DNA of 64,000 bases from Candidatus Pacearchaeota archaeon (GTDB lineage: Archaea > Nanobdellota > Nanobdellia > Pacearchaeales > JAHJTO01): the NCBI GenBank assembly GCA_038849525.1, contig JAWCMS010000002.1, positions 28,322-92,321 of the forward strand, written 5' to 3'. Position 1 is the stretch's first letter; the number at the start of each line of letters is the position of its first letter. Both the position numbers and the translations under genes were made by a program. Positions 36,491-47,210 of this stretch are shown in pieces. Under the pieces are notes generated by a model that saw only the letters and a list, made by a program, of their open reading frames with translations, searched no databases and was not told the origin of the DNA.

Positions 36491-38227
36491 ATGGCAAAGA
36501 GAGCTAATTCTAAAGAAAAAAAAGTTAAGGAAATTATCAAACATGATATTATTCTTGCATATGCTTTAGAAAATGCAATAATTCATGACGGAAAAGCTCA
36601 AATTAATGCAGTTATCTCAAAACTTTTTCAAGTTGGATTGAAAAAAGAGCAGATTAAAGATGTAATAAAAGATGTTCAGAGTATTGTCAATAAAGTTAAT
36701 ACAATGACTAGAGAAGAACAAGCAAAAGAATTTGATAAGTTAAGTGAATTGTTACCTGAAAAGAAGAAAGAAGAAAGAAAAAAAGGAGAACTTCCTGAAT
36801 TGCTAAATGCTGAAAAAGGAAAAGTAATATTAAGACACGCGCCTTTTCCTTCAGGAGCTTTGCATATAGGAAATGCTATTCCTTTGGTTATAAATGATGA
36901 ATATGTAAAAAAATATGAAGGAAAGGCTTTTTTAATTATTGATGATACAATAGGAAGTGAAGAAAAACAAATTGTTCCTGAAGCGTATATGCTAATTCCT
37001 GATGATTTGAAGTTAATGGATATAAAATATGATGGAGATATAATATATAGGTCTGACAGACTTAATATATATTATAAATATGCTGAGATGCTTATAACAA
37101 AAGATAAAGCTTATGTCTGCTTCTGCAATCCTGAAAGATTAAGAAAATTAAGAGCAGAAGGGAAAGAATGTGAATGTAGGAAAAAAGATTATGAAGCTAA
37201 TATAAAAGACTGGAAATGGATGTTTAGTAGCGAAGCAAAAGAAGGATCTGCAACTTTGAGAATTAAAACAGATATGCGGCACCCAAACCCTGCTTTTCGC
37301 GATAGAGTTCTTTTCAGAATAAGCGATAGAGAACATCCTAGAATTAAAGGGCTGAAAGTATGGCCAATGCTTGAGTTTTCTGCTGCTATTGACGATCATC
37401 TTTTGGGAATCACCCATATAATAAGGGGTAATCAATTAAGAATAGAAGGGGAGATGGAAAAATACATTTGGGATGTTTTCGGATGGAAACATCCAGAATT
37501 AATTTATACTCCTTTGATAACTTTGGAAGGAATAAAAATTTCAAAATCAAAGTCTCAGGAAGAAGTTAGTAAAGGAGTTTACAAAGGATGGGACGACCCT
37601 AGGACATGGAGTATTCGTTCATTAATAAAAAGAGGAATAAAGCCTGAAGCAATAAGAAATTTCATAAAACTATTTGGTATGTCTGATAAAGAAAATATGA
37701 TTATTCCTATCGAATTATTATATAATGAAAATATGAAACTTATTGAAGATTCATCAAATAGATACTTTTTTGTTAATAATCCAATCAAAATTAAAATTCT
37801 CAAAGCAAAAAAGATGATTGCAAAAATTCCTTTACATCCAAACCATCCTGAAAGAGGATTTCGAGAAATAAAGACAGGGACAAGTTTTTTCATTTCAAAA
37901 GATGATTTTGACAGTCTTGAAGAGAATAAAATTTATCGTCTGATGCATCTTTTTAATTTTGAAAAAAAGAAAGACAAATTAGTTTTTCATTCAACTGAAC
38001 AGAAAGCTGAAAATATAGAGAGAATGATTCACTGGCTTCCTTGCCTTAAGACATTGCCAAAAGTCAAGGTTCTTATGCCTGATGGGAGTTGGATAGAAGG
38101 AATTGCAGAAAAAGATGTTAAAAAAATTAGGCAAGGAGAAGTTATTCAATTTGAAAGATTTGCATTTTGTAGATTAGTTGAAAAACCAAAAAAAGGAGAT
38201 TTAGAGTTTTGGTGGACTCATACCTGA
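36491..38227 (+). CDS. gltX: Glutamyl-tRNA synthetase, archaeal type (class I)
   Basis: HIGH motif (PSGALHIGNAIP), KMSKS motif (KISKSKS), and an archaeal-type C-terminal anticodon-binding extension. Confidence 0.85.
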   Translation: MAKRANSKEKKVKEIIKHDIILAYALENAIIHDGKAQINAVISKLFQVGLKKEQIKDVIKDVQSIVNKVNTMTREEQAKEFDKLSELLPEKKKEERKKGELPELLNAEKGKVILRHAPFPSGALHIGNAIPLVINDEYVKKYEGKAFLIIDDTIGSEEKQIVPEAYMLIPDDLKLMDIKYDGDIIYRSDRLNIYYKYAEMLITKDKAYVCFCNPERLRKLRAEGKECECRKKDYEANIKDWKWMFSSEAKEGSATLRIKTDMRHPNPAFRDRVLFRISDREHPRIKGLKVWPMLEFSAAIDDHLLGITHIIRGNQLRIEGEMEKYIWDVFGWKHPELIYTPLITLEGIKISKSKSQEEVSKGVYKGWDDPRTWSIRSLIKRGIKPEAIRNFIKLFGMSDKENMIIPIELLYNENMKLIEDSSNRYFFVNNPIKIKILKAKKMIAKIPLHPNHPERGFREIKTGTSFFISKDDFDSLEENKIYRLMHLFNFEKKKDKLVFHSTEQKAENIERMIHWLPCLKTLPKVKVLMPDGSWIEGIAEKDVKKIRQGEVIQFERFAFCRLVEKPKKGDLEFWWTHT

Positions 38228-38263
38228 AAGTTAAATGAAATAATATTCATCCTGCATTTTACA

Positions 38264-38512
38264 ATGCAGAGTTACTATTGCATATCAATGCAATTTTATA
38301 ACAATTACCTAATGATGAAAAAATCAATTAAAGACTTGATAAAAGCAGTCATCCTGACATTATGGGCGGTTTTCTTTGCTCATTGGCTTTCAGGAATAAC
38401 AGGAATTGAGGCGTTGACAAGATTTGGAACAATAGGGTGGATAATACTTTTTGTGTATTATCTTGTTTTTGTCTACATAGGAATAAAGGCTGTTGATTCA
38501 ATCAGGCTTTAG
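38264..38512 (+). CDS. Small membrane protein
   Basis: 82 aa with two hydrophobic helices. Coding status is uncertain. Confidence 0.25.
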   Translation: MQSYYCISMQFYNNYLMMKKSIKDLIKAVILTLWAVFFAHWLSGITGIEALTRFGTIGWIILFVYYLVFVYIGIKAVDSIRL

Positions 38513-39028
38513 AAGAAATTTTCCACAATCGATTAAAAATTTCCATGAAATAGTTTTTGAAATCCTCATGCTTATTACGAACGAGGTTTCATCTTTATCA
38601 TGAAGTCTTATAAAGACTTTGTTTCCATCGATAGTTACTGAAACTTTTGATTTAAATGGATCTGAAAGATATCTTATTGTTGTCAAAGAAGATTTTTGTA
38701 GGATTGTTTTTACACTAGACATGGCAAGGGCATATCTTCTGAGTTTTTCCTTTATTCTTCTCTTATCCCAATTTTCCCAATTGAAATTAAGAATCTTAGC
38801 TGTAGTTCCAGAATAACCAAGAACATAAAAATCTTTTTTTATTCTTAGAATGTCCTCACATAAGAATTTCAATGCCCTCTTGCCTTTGAATACACTGATA
38901 TTCACCTCTTCTTTTGTTTCTTTTGGCTCGACTCTAAAAGGTTTAATCGTCTGAGAAAGTTGCTTCTTTTTCTCGTCTATCTGTCTTTTTTGGTCATCCA
39001 TATAATCCAAAAGATTTTTGACGTCCAC
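38498..39028 (-). CDS. Hypothetical protein
   Basis: 176-aa ORF; no confident motif. Confidence 0.3.
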   Translation of the reverse strand: MDVKNLLDYMDDQKRQIDEKKKQLSQTIKPFRVEPKETKEEVNISVFKGKRALKFLCEDILRIKKDFYVLGYSGTTAKILNFNWENWDKRRIKEKLRRYALAMSSVKTILQKSSLTTIRYLSDPFKSKVSVTIDGNKVFIRLHDKDETSFVISMRISKTISWKFLIDCGKFLLKPD

Positions 39029-39209
39029 CTCTCAAAAGACGGAACTTATCTTAAGTACTATAAGATTCATTCGATAAGAGCATTTGATATACTTTATTTA
39101 CTGTCACTTCCAGATTTTGAGAGATTAAAAAGAGAATATCTTGAGGATAAGATTATTAATTTTTTCAAAAGTTATGAATTGGAGACATAAACTTGAAAAT
39201 ATATTGAAT

Positions 39210-40571
39210 CTATATCAGAGTCTTTTTCATGTAATAACCACTAAGAGAATAGCCAAGCCTTCTGTAGTATTCTCTGACGCCGACGCCTGAAATCACATTA
39301 AGAATTTTGCATTTTTCTTTTTTTGCAATATTTTCAGCTTCTTTTATCAATTGACTACCTAATCCTTTATGTTGGTAAGAACTTTTATTTTTTTTACCTA
39401 TCTCTGTCTGAGGGCCATAAACATGTAATTCTCTAATAAATGCAGTTTTGTCTTTGTTTATTCTTAAACGACAAAGACCAAAGATAATATCATCTTTATT
39501 AACAATCTCAAGGAAAAGTTCCTTGCCTTGGGAGGCAGAATATTCTGTTTTTTTAAAAGTTAATGTATTATCGAGTTTAGTTTGAGGGTTGTCTCTAAGA
39601 AACAATCCGACTTCACGGCATCTTATGCATTTGCATTTTTTATTTTGCTTTCTTAATTCCTCAGCTAAAACTTTTCTCAGATCTATCCTTTTTGTTCCTG
39701 CAATCATATATCTCGGAGGAATCTCCCTCATTATTCGCATGATTCTACAATAACGAGGAACAGTAAGCTTGAATTTGATAAGAAGAGGTATCAACTCGTC
39801 TAATGAATAAGGCTCGTATTTTCCTTCTTTATACAATTTAACTAATTCGCTTCCTGGCAAAACTTGGCAAGGATAAATTTTAATTTGATCTGGCCTGAAT
39901 CTTTCGTCAGAAAATAATTTTTTGAATAATTTCAAGTCTTTTTCTGGATTTGAGCCAGGCAGGCCAGGCATTAGATGATAGCCTACTTTAAAGCCTGCAT
40001 CTTTCAGACGCTTTGTTGCCTGAACAACATCTTTTACTGTATGCCCTCTTTTGTTTATTTTGTATAATTTATCGTCAGGCATCTGAACTCCTAATTCAAC
40101 TCTTGTTGCTCCGAATTCAAGCATTCTCTTAATTTCCTTGTCAGAACAAACATCTGGCCTTGTTTCAATGCACAATGCAACACATCTGTGCTTTGCAGTT
40201 TCATTGATTGATTTTGCTTCTTCCAATGACTTACTGATTTTTCCATTCAATGCATCATAGCATTTCTTGATGAATTTGTATTGAAAATCAATCGGATAGG
40301 AAAGAAAAGTTCCTCCCATTATAATTAATTCAATTTTGTCAGTGGGATGATTCATTGTTTTGAAAGAATTTAATCTATTGATAACTTGTTTGTAAGGATC
40401 ATAATTTAATGATTTTGCTCTTAAAACAGCTGGCGAATTTGGAGTATAGCTTTGAGGTACATTTAATGACGGACAATATAAACATGTTCCATGCGGACAT
40501 TTCCTTGGATGGAGCATTACAGCTAAGGGGGTGACTCCTGAAATTGTTTTTGTTGGTTTTTTTAGTATCAT
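39210..40571 (-). CDS. elp3: Elongator complex protein 3 homolog (radical SAM + GNAT) / tRNA U34 carboxymethyltransferase-like
   Basis: Radical-SAM Cys cluster (HPRKCPHGTCLYCPS) and C-terminal GNAT (QHKGLGSQLIKEAENIAK). The start is set at the internal Met (MILKKPTKT); the upstream extension in the ORF track looks non-coding. Confidence 0.85.
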   Translation of the reverse strand: MILKKPTKTISGVTPLAVMLHPRKCPHGTCLYCPSLNVPQSYTPNSPAVLRAKSLNYDPYKQVINRLNSFKTMNHPTDKIELIIMGGTFLSYPIDFQYKFIKKCYDALNGKISKSLEEAKSINETAKHRCVALCIETRPDVCSDKEIKRMLEFGATRVELGVQMPDDKLYKINKRGHTVKDVVQATKRLKDAGFKVGYHLMPGLPGSNPEKDLKLFKKLFSDERFRPDQIKIYPCQVLPGSELVKLYKEGKYEPYSLDELIPLLIKFKLTVPRYCRIMRIMREIPPRYMIAGTKRIDLRKVLAEELRKQNKKCKCIRCREVGLFLRDNPQTKLDNTLTFKKTEYSASQGKELFLEIVNKDDIIFGLCRLRINKDKTAFIRELHVYGPQTEIGKKNKSSYQHKGLGSQLIKEAENIAKKEKCKILNVISGVGVREYYRRLGYSLSGYYMKKTLI

Positions 40572-40630
40572 AGCTTCAATAACCAAAAGATATTTAAATA
40601 ACTTACTTTTGACTACTTTAAAGAAGTAAA

Positions 40631-41143
40631 ATGGATGAAATAATAGAAAAAAAACAGAATAAAATAAATGAGCTCGAGCGATTGATAAGAATGTATGCAA
40701 GATTTGATGTAGAAAGCAAATTTTCTGACGATGAAAAAGTAAGAGAATGGTTTAATAATTTTCTCAATAAAGTAAAACATAGCATAGCAAAACTTAAAGA
40801 AGATATAGGATTAGAAAAAGAGATTTTAGAATTATTAGTTAATGAGAGAAATATTTTAATTTTTGAATATAAGCAGATTCTTAATGAAGAATTTGATTAT
40901 AAAAAGTGTGAAAATTGCATTTATTTTTATCAATTTCCTGATGGAAGAAAAATAGATTTTAGTGATGATGTATATTGTGGCAGAAATCCTAATTTTGATC
41001 CTATAAAAGATAAAAAGAGAATATTAAAATGTAGAGAAACTAACTTTATACCATTTAATAAAAAAAATTATTCTAAAGAAAAAAAATTATATCTTAAAAA
41101 TAAGATAAAAGAGTTATTTTTTAAAAATGGCAGAAGTGAATGA
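40631..41143 (+). CDS. Hypothetical protein with Cys-x2-Cys...Cys...Cys cluster
   Basis: N-terminal coiled coil; CENCIYFYQF...YCGRN...KCRE possible zinc ribbon. Confidence 0.3.
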   Translation: MDEIIEKKQNKINELERLIRMYARFDVESKFSDDEKVREWFNNFLNKVKHSIAKLKEDIGLEKEILELLVNERNILIFEYKQILNEEFDYKKCENCIYFYQFPDGRKIDFSDDVYCGRNPNFDPIKDKKRILKCRETNFIPFNKKNYSKEKKLYLKNKIKELFFKNGRSE

Positions 41144-41699
41144 AGAGATAGCAAAAGCATATTTCGAAGAAGTTTGTGGATATTTTGTCAAGACAAACCT
41201 TTATTTTAAAAAAGAGAGTGAAAAACCCCATAAAAGAGGAGGTGTCGGAGCAAGTGATATCGACTTGTTACTCCTTCATCCAACTGATGGAAAATATGGT
41301 AAAAGAGCAATGGTTTCTGTGAAAGGATGGCATGAATATGTCTTAAATTTAAAAAATTGTAAGAATAACTATAAATGGATGCATGGCTTTGAAAAACAGG
41401 ATTTAAAGGCCGTAGAGAATTTTTTCGGAACAAAAGAATTCAACAAAATACTTGTTGTACCAAGAGTAAATGAAAAAGAAAGATGGATAATAGAACAATA
41501 CGGTAAACAAAATAAAGGGATTGATTATATCATAAGTTTTCCTTTCATGCTTAATGAGCTTTTTAATAAGTTTAAGCAGAGCTCAAGATATTATAAAGAA
41601 TCTGAAGTTCTGCAAACTCTTGCAGTAGCATATAAACACAGCTTTAGGCCCTTGCTAAAGGAAAGAGAAAGATTAATTAAAAAATTAAAAAAAATTTAA
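41127..41699 (+). CDS. Hypothetical protein with possible PD-(D/E)xK (Hjc-like) nuclease-fold core
   Basis: E..GYFV...GGVGASDIDLLLLH...AMVSVKGW parallels the E / (P)D / (E/S)-x-K layout of restriction-endonuclease-fold enzymes. The Glu of ExK is replaced by Ser, so activity is doubtful. Confidence 0.25.
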   Translation: MAEVNEEIAKAYFEEVCGYFVKTNLYFKKESEKPHKRGGVGASDIDLLLLHPTDGKYGKRAMVSVKGWHEYVLNLKNCKNNYKWMHGFEKQDLKAVENFFGTKEFNKILVVPRVNEKERWIIEQYGKQNKGIDYIISFPFMLNELFNKFKQSSRYYKESEVLQTLAVAYKHSFRPLLKERERLIKKLKKI

Positions 41700-41700
41700 A

Positions 41701-42396
41701 ATGAAAATACTAAAAAAGATTGAAAAATTTAATGAGGAGCATTCTGACGCAAATCAGCAAAATGTATGGGATGCACTTGCAAAACAATGGCATAGCTATA
41801 GACAAAGACAATGGAAGGATATTGAAATAATAATAAATTCCTTGGGATGGAAACCAGGAAAAATTCTTGAGATAGGGTGTGGGAACTGTCGTAATCTTCT
41901 TACATTTGCCCAAAGGGGATTTGATTGTTATGGTATTGATTTTAGCAAAGAAATGCTCAAATATGCAAAAGAATTTTGTAAAAAAAATAAAATAAAAATA
42001 AAGTTAAAAAAAGCAAAAGCTGAAAGCCTACCTTTTCCTAATAATTCTTTTGATTATGTACTATCAATTGCATTATTGCATCATCTGAAAAAATCAGAGC
42101 AACTAAAAGCAGTAAATGAAATGTTTAGAATATTGAAGCCTGGAGGAAAAGCTATAGCTACAGTATGGAATAAACTAAATCCAAAATTTTGGAAATTTTT
42201 ATTTAAAAAAGAAACTTTTATTCCATGGAGAATTGATAATAAAGTTTATAGAAGGTATTATTATTTTTTCAATTTTTGGGAGTTAAAAAAAATGTTGAAG
42301 GATAGGGGATTCAAGATAGTCAAATCTTCATCAATTTTTTCAAGAAATATTATTCTTGTTATAAAAAAACCATTAATTATAAGAAAAAATTTTTGA
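41701..42396 (+). CDS. Class I SAM-dependent methyltransferase
   Basis: Motif I ILEIGCGNCRNL; motif II ...GIDFSKEML; ...LKPGGKAI (post II/III). Confidence 0.75.
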   Translation: MKILKKIEKFNEEHSDANQQNVWDALAKQWHSYRQRQWKDIEIIINSLGWKPGKILEIGCGNCRNLLTFAQRGFDCYGIDFSKEMLKYAKEFCKKNKIKIKLKKAKAESLPFPNNSFDYVLSIALLHHLKKSEQLKAVNEMFRILKPGGKAIATVWNKLNPKFWKFLFKKETFIPWRIDNKVYRRYYYFFNFWELKKMLKDRGFKIVKSSSIFSRNIILVIKKPLIIRKNF

Positions 42397-42521
42397 AATA
42401 TTATATTTGTAATTAAAAATGAATAAGAAATTATATAGACCATACTAAAAAGCATTAGCTAGATTAACAAAAGCTGAAACAAAAAATAATAATATTGATG
42501 TTTTTTCGATTTTAATTTTTT

Positions 42522-42803
42522 TTATATACTTAGTTTTTCTTTTATAGAAGTATAAATGTTTGATAATTTTTTATAAATAACGATCGGAATTGATTTATAG
42601 TTTGATGTTAAAACTTCTTTTCCTGATTCCAAATTGATTAAAGCCTCAGTTATCATATTATTATCCCAATATATCGGAGCTTTTATTTTTTCATAATAAA
42701 TTCCATTTAAAGGATTAACAAAATTATCAATTGTTTTAACAAGATTTATAGAATATTTCTCAAGTTTTTCAATTTCTTTTTTATTTGGTAAGTATATTTC
42801 CAT
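42522..42803 (-). CDS. Hypothetical small protein
   Basis: 93-aa ORF downstream of the 42843-43373 gene. No motif recognised. Confidence 0.25.
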   Translation of the reverse strand: MEIYLPNKKEIEKLEKYSINLVKTIDNFVNPLNGIYYEKIKAPIYWDNNMITEALINLESGKEVLTSNYKSIPIVIYKKLSNIYTSIKEKLSI

Positions 42804-42842
42804 AAAAAATTTAAGTTTAGTAGGAATTTATAAATTTTATTA

Positions 42843-43373
42843 TTAACCTATATAACTATTTTTATTTTTATTTCCTTTTTCTATCTGTATCATATCAAGC
42901 ATAGAAGATTTTTGTTTTAACAAAAATTTGCCTTCCATATTAATATGAAGTCTCAGAATGTTAAAACCTGAAAGAAGAGTAAAATTCCATATTAATTTTT
43001 CTGATTTTTTCAGCCTTTGAAGGATTGCTATTATCTTGGATAGATTAAAATTTTGTTTTTCAGCTTCTTTTTTTGCTATTTCTATTGCTTTGTTTAGATC
43101 AATTTTTATCTCATCTTTTTTTATCTCTTTAAGTTCTTCTTTTTTTATCATTTCTGCTTTTTTAGGGATTATTTTTTGATCGAGAATGAAAGTCATTATA
43201 CCTTCTTCTTTTGAAATATAATAATCAAGCTGTTTTTTTTCTTCATTGTTGTCATAGTCAAAAACAAAAAAAGCTGCACAGAAATATGATTTTGGATGCT
43301 TTTTCTTGAATTTTATGAATTCTGAAGAATTTTCAAGATTTGTGAATAGATCACTCAGATTTAAAGAGGTCAT
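42843..43373 (-). CDS. Hypothetical protein
   Basis: 176-aa ORF immediately downstream of thrS. No motif recognised. Confidence 0.3.
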   Translation of the reverse strand: MTSLNLSDLFTNLENSSEFIKFKKKHPKSYFCAAFFVFDYDNNEEKKQLDYYISKEEGIMTFILDQKIIPKKAEMIKKEELKEIKKDEIKIDLNKAIEIAKKEAEKQNFNLSKIIAILQRLKKSEKLIWNFTLLSGFNILRLHINMEGKFLLKQKSSMLDMIQIEKGNKNKNSYIG

Positions 43374-45107
43374 TTATTTTTTCTCCTGAATCTCCTTCTG
43401 AAGATCTTTTATGAAATCATCTATTTTTATACCATATTTCACTTTTCCATCCCTAGTCCTAACTGCAATAGTATTATTTTCTTCTTCTTTCTTTCCGATT
43501 ACTATCATATAAGGAATCTTTTCCATCTGGCTATCACGAATTTTGGATTGAATAGTAGTGGATGAATAATCTGTTTCGACTCTAATATCAAGTTCTTTAA
43601 GCATATTTTCAATTTTTTGTGCATATTTTATGTTTTTATCAGTCAATGTCATTATTTTAACTTGAATAGGAGAAAGCCATGTTGGAAATGCACCTGCATA
43701 GTGCTCTATTAAAATTGAAAAAAATCTTTCTAAAGAACCAAGCATTGCACGATGTATCATTATTGCACGATGTTTTTGATTGTCTTCACCTATGTACTCT
43801 ATATTAAATTTTTCTGGAAGATTAAAATCGAACTGTATAGTTGAGCATTGCCATTCTCTTCCTAAAGAATCGAAGAGTTTAATATCTATTTTCGGTCCAT
43901 AAAATACTGCTTCACCTTCTGCTACCTTATAATTTATTTTTTTCTTTTTTAATGCTTTTTCAAGACTTTTTTCAGCTAAAGCCCACATTTTATCTGTTCC
44001 CAAATATTTTGATTTATTTTTTGGATCTCTAACAGATAAATCTGCTTTGAAATTGTTAAATCCAAAAGTTTTAAGGAAAAAAAATACAATGTCTAGAAGT
44101 TTTTCGATCTCTTCTTCTGCTTGTTCAGGAGTACAGATAATATGTGCATCATCTTGAGTAAATCCTCTCACTCTACCTAATCCATGAAGAGTTCCTGATA
44201 GTTCTTTTCTGTAAACTGTCCCAAGTTCACAATATTTTATTGGTAGTTCTTTATAACTTCTTTGTTTTGACTTGTAGATATAAATATGAAACGGACAATT
44301 CATCGGCTTCATCATGAATTCTTCATTATCAAGTTGCATTGGAGGATACAGATAGTCTTTATAAAATTGTAAATGACCAGAAGTTTTCCATAAGCTTATT
44401 TTTCCAATATGAGGGGTATAAACATAAAAATAACCTTTTTTCCTATGTTCGGCTTTCCAGAAATCTTCTATGACTTGTCTTATAATTGCCCCTTTAGGTG
44501 TCCAGATTGGTAATCCAGAGCCTATTTCTGGATAGATAGCAAACAAGTCTAGTTCTTTTCCAAGTTTTACATGATCTCTCTTGGCTGCCTCTTCTCTTCT
44601 CTTTAAAAAATCTTTCATTTCAGATTCTGAAGCGAATGAAATTCCATAGATCCTTTGTAACATAGGTTTTGACGAATCACCTCGCCAATATGCGCCTGCA
44701 GTACTTAGCAGTTTGACAGCTTTAATTTCACCTGTATTCTTAATTAAAGGACCAGAGCACAGATCAATAAATTCTCCATGTTTATAAAAGGAAATTTTGT
44801 TTCCTTTGATTTCGCTTAAAAGTTCAAGCTTATATGGTTGATCTTTAAGTAATTTTTCAGCTTCCTTTCTCTTAAGAAAAATATGCTTGAATTCGAGATT
44901 TTGCTTGATAATTTTATACATTTCGGCCTCTATCTTCTCAAGGTCTTTAGGAGTAAAAGGTTCTGTATCGAAATCATAATAAAAACCCTCATCAATTGCT
45001 GGTCCAATTGCTAATTTGGCATTTGGCCTTAGTCTTTTGACAGCATCAGCCATAACATGACTTGTAGAATGCCAAAAAGCTTCCATACGCTCTTTTTCTT
45101 TTGTCAT
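43374..45107 (-). CDS. thrS: Threonyl-tRNA synthetase (class II, bacterial-type architecture lacking the N-terminal TGS extension)
   Basis: N-terminal WHSTSHVMADAV (second-additional/editing-domain His motif); class II core (RGFTQDDAHI, ...GPKIDI...); C-terminal anticodon-binding domain. Confidence 0.85.
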   Translation of the reverse strand: MTKEKERMEAFWHSTSHVMADAVKRLRPNAKLAIGPAIDEGFYYDFDTEPFTPKDLEKIEAEMYKIIKQNLEFKHIFLKRKEAEKLLKDQPYKLELLSEIKGNKISFYKHGEFIDLCSGPLIKNTGEIKAVKLLSTAGAYWRGDSSKPMLQRIYGISFASESEMKDFLKRREEAAKRDHVKLGKELDLFAIYPEIGSGLPIWTPKGAIIRQVIEDFWKAEHRKKGYFYVYTPHIGKISLWKTSGHLQFYKDYLYPPMQLDNEEFMMKPMNCPFHIYIYKSKQRSYKELPIKYCELGTVYRKELSGTLHGLGRVRGFTQDDAHIICTPEQAEEEIEKLLDIVFFFLKTFGFNNFKADLSVRDPKNKSKYLGTDKMWALAEKSLEKALKKKKINYKVAEGEAVFYGPKIDIKLFDSLGREWQCSTIQFDFNLPEKFNIEYIGEDNQKHRAIMIHRAMLGSLERFFSILIEHYAGAFPTWLSPIQVKIMTLTDKNIKYAQKIENMLKELDIRVETDYSSTTIQSKIRDSQMEKIPYMIVIGKKEEENNTIAVRTRDGKVKYGIKIDDFIKDLQKEIQEKK

Positions 45108-45205
45108 ATAATGAATTAAAAGAACTATTTTATAAATTTAACCTATTCTTATTTTTCTTTTCGCTAAAATTTATATATTAGTTAAATTTTAAAGAATAGA
45201 TTAAA

Positions 45206-46573
45206 ATGAAGATTAAAATCCTATTTATTATCGTACTACTTCTTATTTCTATACAGTTCATGCAATTCACAGCTGCGAAAATAATTCTCCCTGAATTTAA
45301 CAAAGTTTATTCTATTGGGGACTCTATAGATTCAAGTTTTGAAATCATCGAAGAGCAAGAAGTTGTTGGTATGATAAAGTTAGAGATAGACTGTGGGGAA
45401 AAAATCCTGTTTTATACATCCCCTATCTCGTTAAAAACAAATGAAGTTAAAAAAGTTGAAGTATTTCCTTATGTCTTGACAAAAAAAGGAGAATGTAATA
45501 TAAAAGCGACATTAGACGGACAGAACAATTTTTCAGATAGCGCAACAAGCAAAACTTTTCTGGTAAGCGATGAACTAAACATTTCATTAAAAATCAATAA
45601 AGAGAATTTCAAACCAGAAGATATTTTGAAAATTAAAGGAGAAATTAGAAGGGCTAATGGAGAATATGTTGATGGAACTGCTTTAGTAAAACTAAATAAT
45701 GAAGTCTATTCTATTATAGTCAAAAAAGGATATTTTGAATTTGAAAATACTCTCAGTAAAAATTTTCCTTCAGGAAAAAATAACATTGAAATAGAAGCAA
45801 AAGATAATTTTGGGAATTCTGGAAATTTCATAAAAAGTATCAACGTTGTATCTATTCCGACAAGTCTTGAAATTATAGCAAATAATAACGAATTTTTTCC
45901 TGGAGATGTATTAGAAACATATGCTGTCTTATATGATCAAGGAGGAAAAAAAATCAATACCTCTATAAGTCTTATTTTATACGATTCATGGGGAATTGAT
46001 GTTATAAAAAAAATGATAAATGATTCTGAAGAAATATTAAAATATGAATTTGACAAAAAATCTCCGACAGGAGAATGGTGGATTTATGCTTATTCTGAAG
46101 GAATTAGGACAAGAAGGTTTATTATATTAAAAGAACAAAGTAAAATTTCTGCCATTCTATCAGAAAATATGCTTACTATAGTTAATTTAGGGAATACTTT
46201 ATTCAAGAAACCAGTAGAAATATTATTTCAAAATGAAAAGACAAATTGGACAGAAATTAAGGAGATGAATCTTGGAATAGAAATACAAAAAAAATTTCAA
46301 CTCAATGCTCCAGAAGGGTTATATAATATCACAGTAAAAACAGATGACTTTGAAAAAACTTTCAATGATGTTTATTTGACTGGAAATGTGATTGTAGTAG
46401 AAGATATAGACAATAGAACGACTAGAATTGTACGTAATGTAACTGCAGTAGTAATAATTATCGCAATAATTTCAATTATACTAGCTGTGAAAATAAATAT
46501 ACGTAAGAAAAAGCCCATTTTAATTGAAAGATCATATAATCCAATAACAAAAAAATTCAAAGAGAAAATATAA
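45206..46573 (+). CDS. Secreted surface protein with C-terminal TM anchor (Ig-like/beta-rich ectodomain)
   Basis: Signal peptide, beta-rich repeats, and a C-terminal ...AVVIIIAIISIILAV anchor followed by basic residues. Confidence 0.4.
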   Translation: MKIKILFIIVLLLISIQFMQFTAAKIILPEFNKVYSIGDSIDSSFEIIEEQEVVGMIKLEIDCGEKILFYTSPISLKTNEVKKVEVFPYVLTKKGECNIKATLDGQNNFSDSATSKTFLVSDELNISLKINKENFKPEDILKIKGEIRRANGEYVDGTALVKLNNEVYSIIVKKGYFEFENTLSKNFPSGKNNIEIEAKDNFGNSGNFIKSINVVSIPTSLEIIANNNEFFPGDVLETYAVLYDQGGKKINTSISLILYDSWGIDVIKKMINDSEEILKYEFDKKSPTGEWWIYAYSEGIRTRRFIILKEQSKISAILSENMLTIVNLGNTLFKKPVEILFQNEKTNWTEIKEMNLGIEIQKKFQLNAPEGLYNITVKTDDFEKTFNDVYLTGNVIVVEDIDNRTTRIVRNVTAVVIIIAIISIILAVKINIRKKKPILIERSYNPITKKFKEKI

Positions 46574-46577
46574 AAAA

Positions 46578-47210
46578 GTGGTAAGAGTTTTAATTTTTGA
46601 TTTTGATGGAACTATAGTTGATTCTAAGACTGCATATATTGATACAATACATCGTTCTCTATTGAAGCGTTCATTTATTTATCCAAAAGAGCGTATTGCT
46701 AAAGCCTTAGGACCTAAAATTGAAACTACACTAAAAAATCTTAATAAGTTCTCCCATAAGATGCTTAAATCTTTAAAAAATGAAATAAACAAGAATATAA
46801 CAAAAAAAGTAAAGGAATTAAAACTTTGCCCATATGTTAAGGAAACTCTAAGAAGATTAAAACAAAAGAAATTTAAAATAATACTTTTGACAAATTCTGC
46901 TAGAAAATTTGTGATTACTTTTTTAAAGTATAATAAAATAATGAAATATTTTAACAGATTATTCTATGCTGAAAATTTTAAAAGCAAAGAAGAAGCTATA
47001 AGGAATATAGCAAAAAAATATAATATTTCTATTAGGAAAATAGTGTATATAGCCGATAAGAAAAAAGATGTTGAAATAGCAAAAAAAATTGGATGTAAAA
47101 TAATAATTGTTCTTATATGCTCATGGGACAAAAAAGAGTTTCATAAAGAAAAGTATACAATTAATTCAATGAAACAGCTTGAAAAAATGCTTTTAGAATT
47201 GAATATTTAA
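46578..47210 (+). CDS. HAD-superfamily hydrolase
   Basis: Motif I LIFDFDGTIVDS; later ...LLTNSAR... and ...YIADKKKDVEIAKKIG. Confidence 0.65.
   Translation: MVRVLIFDFDGTIVDSKTAYIDTIHRSLLKRSFIYPKERIAKALGPKIETTLKNLNKFSHKMLKSLKNEINKNITKKVKELKLCPYVKETLRRLKQKKFKIILLTNSARKFVITFLKYNKIMKYFNRLFYAENFKSKEEAIRNIAKKYNISIRKIVYIADKKKDVEIAKKIGCKIIIVLICSWDKKEFHKEKYTINSMKQLEKMLLELNI

Noticed and set aside
40572-40700. N-terminal 43-codon extension of the Elp3 ORF
   Set aside because: It is hydrophobic and low-complexity (FFLLFHPFYFF), and it overlaps the divergent gene starting at 40631. The internal Met immediately before the radical-SAM domain was used instead.
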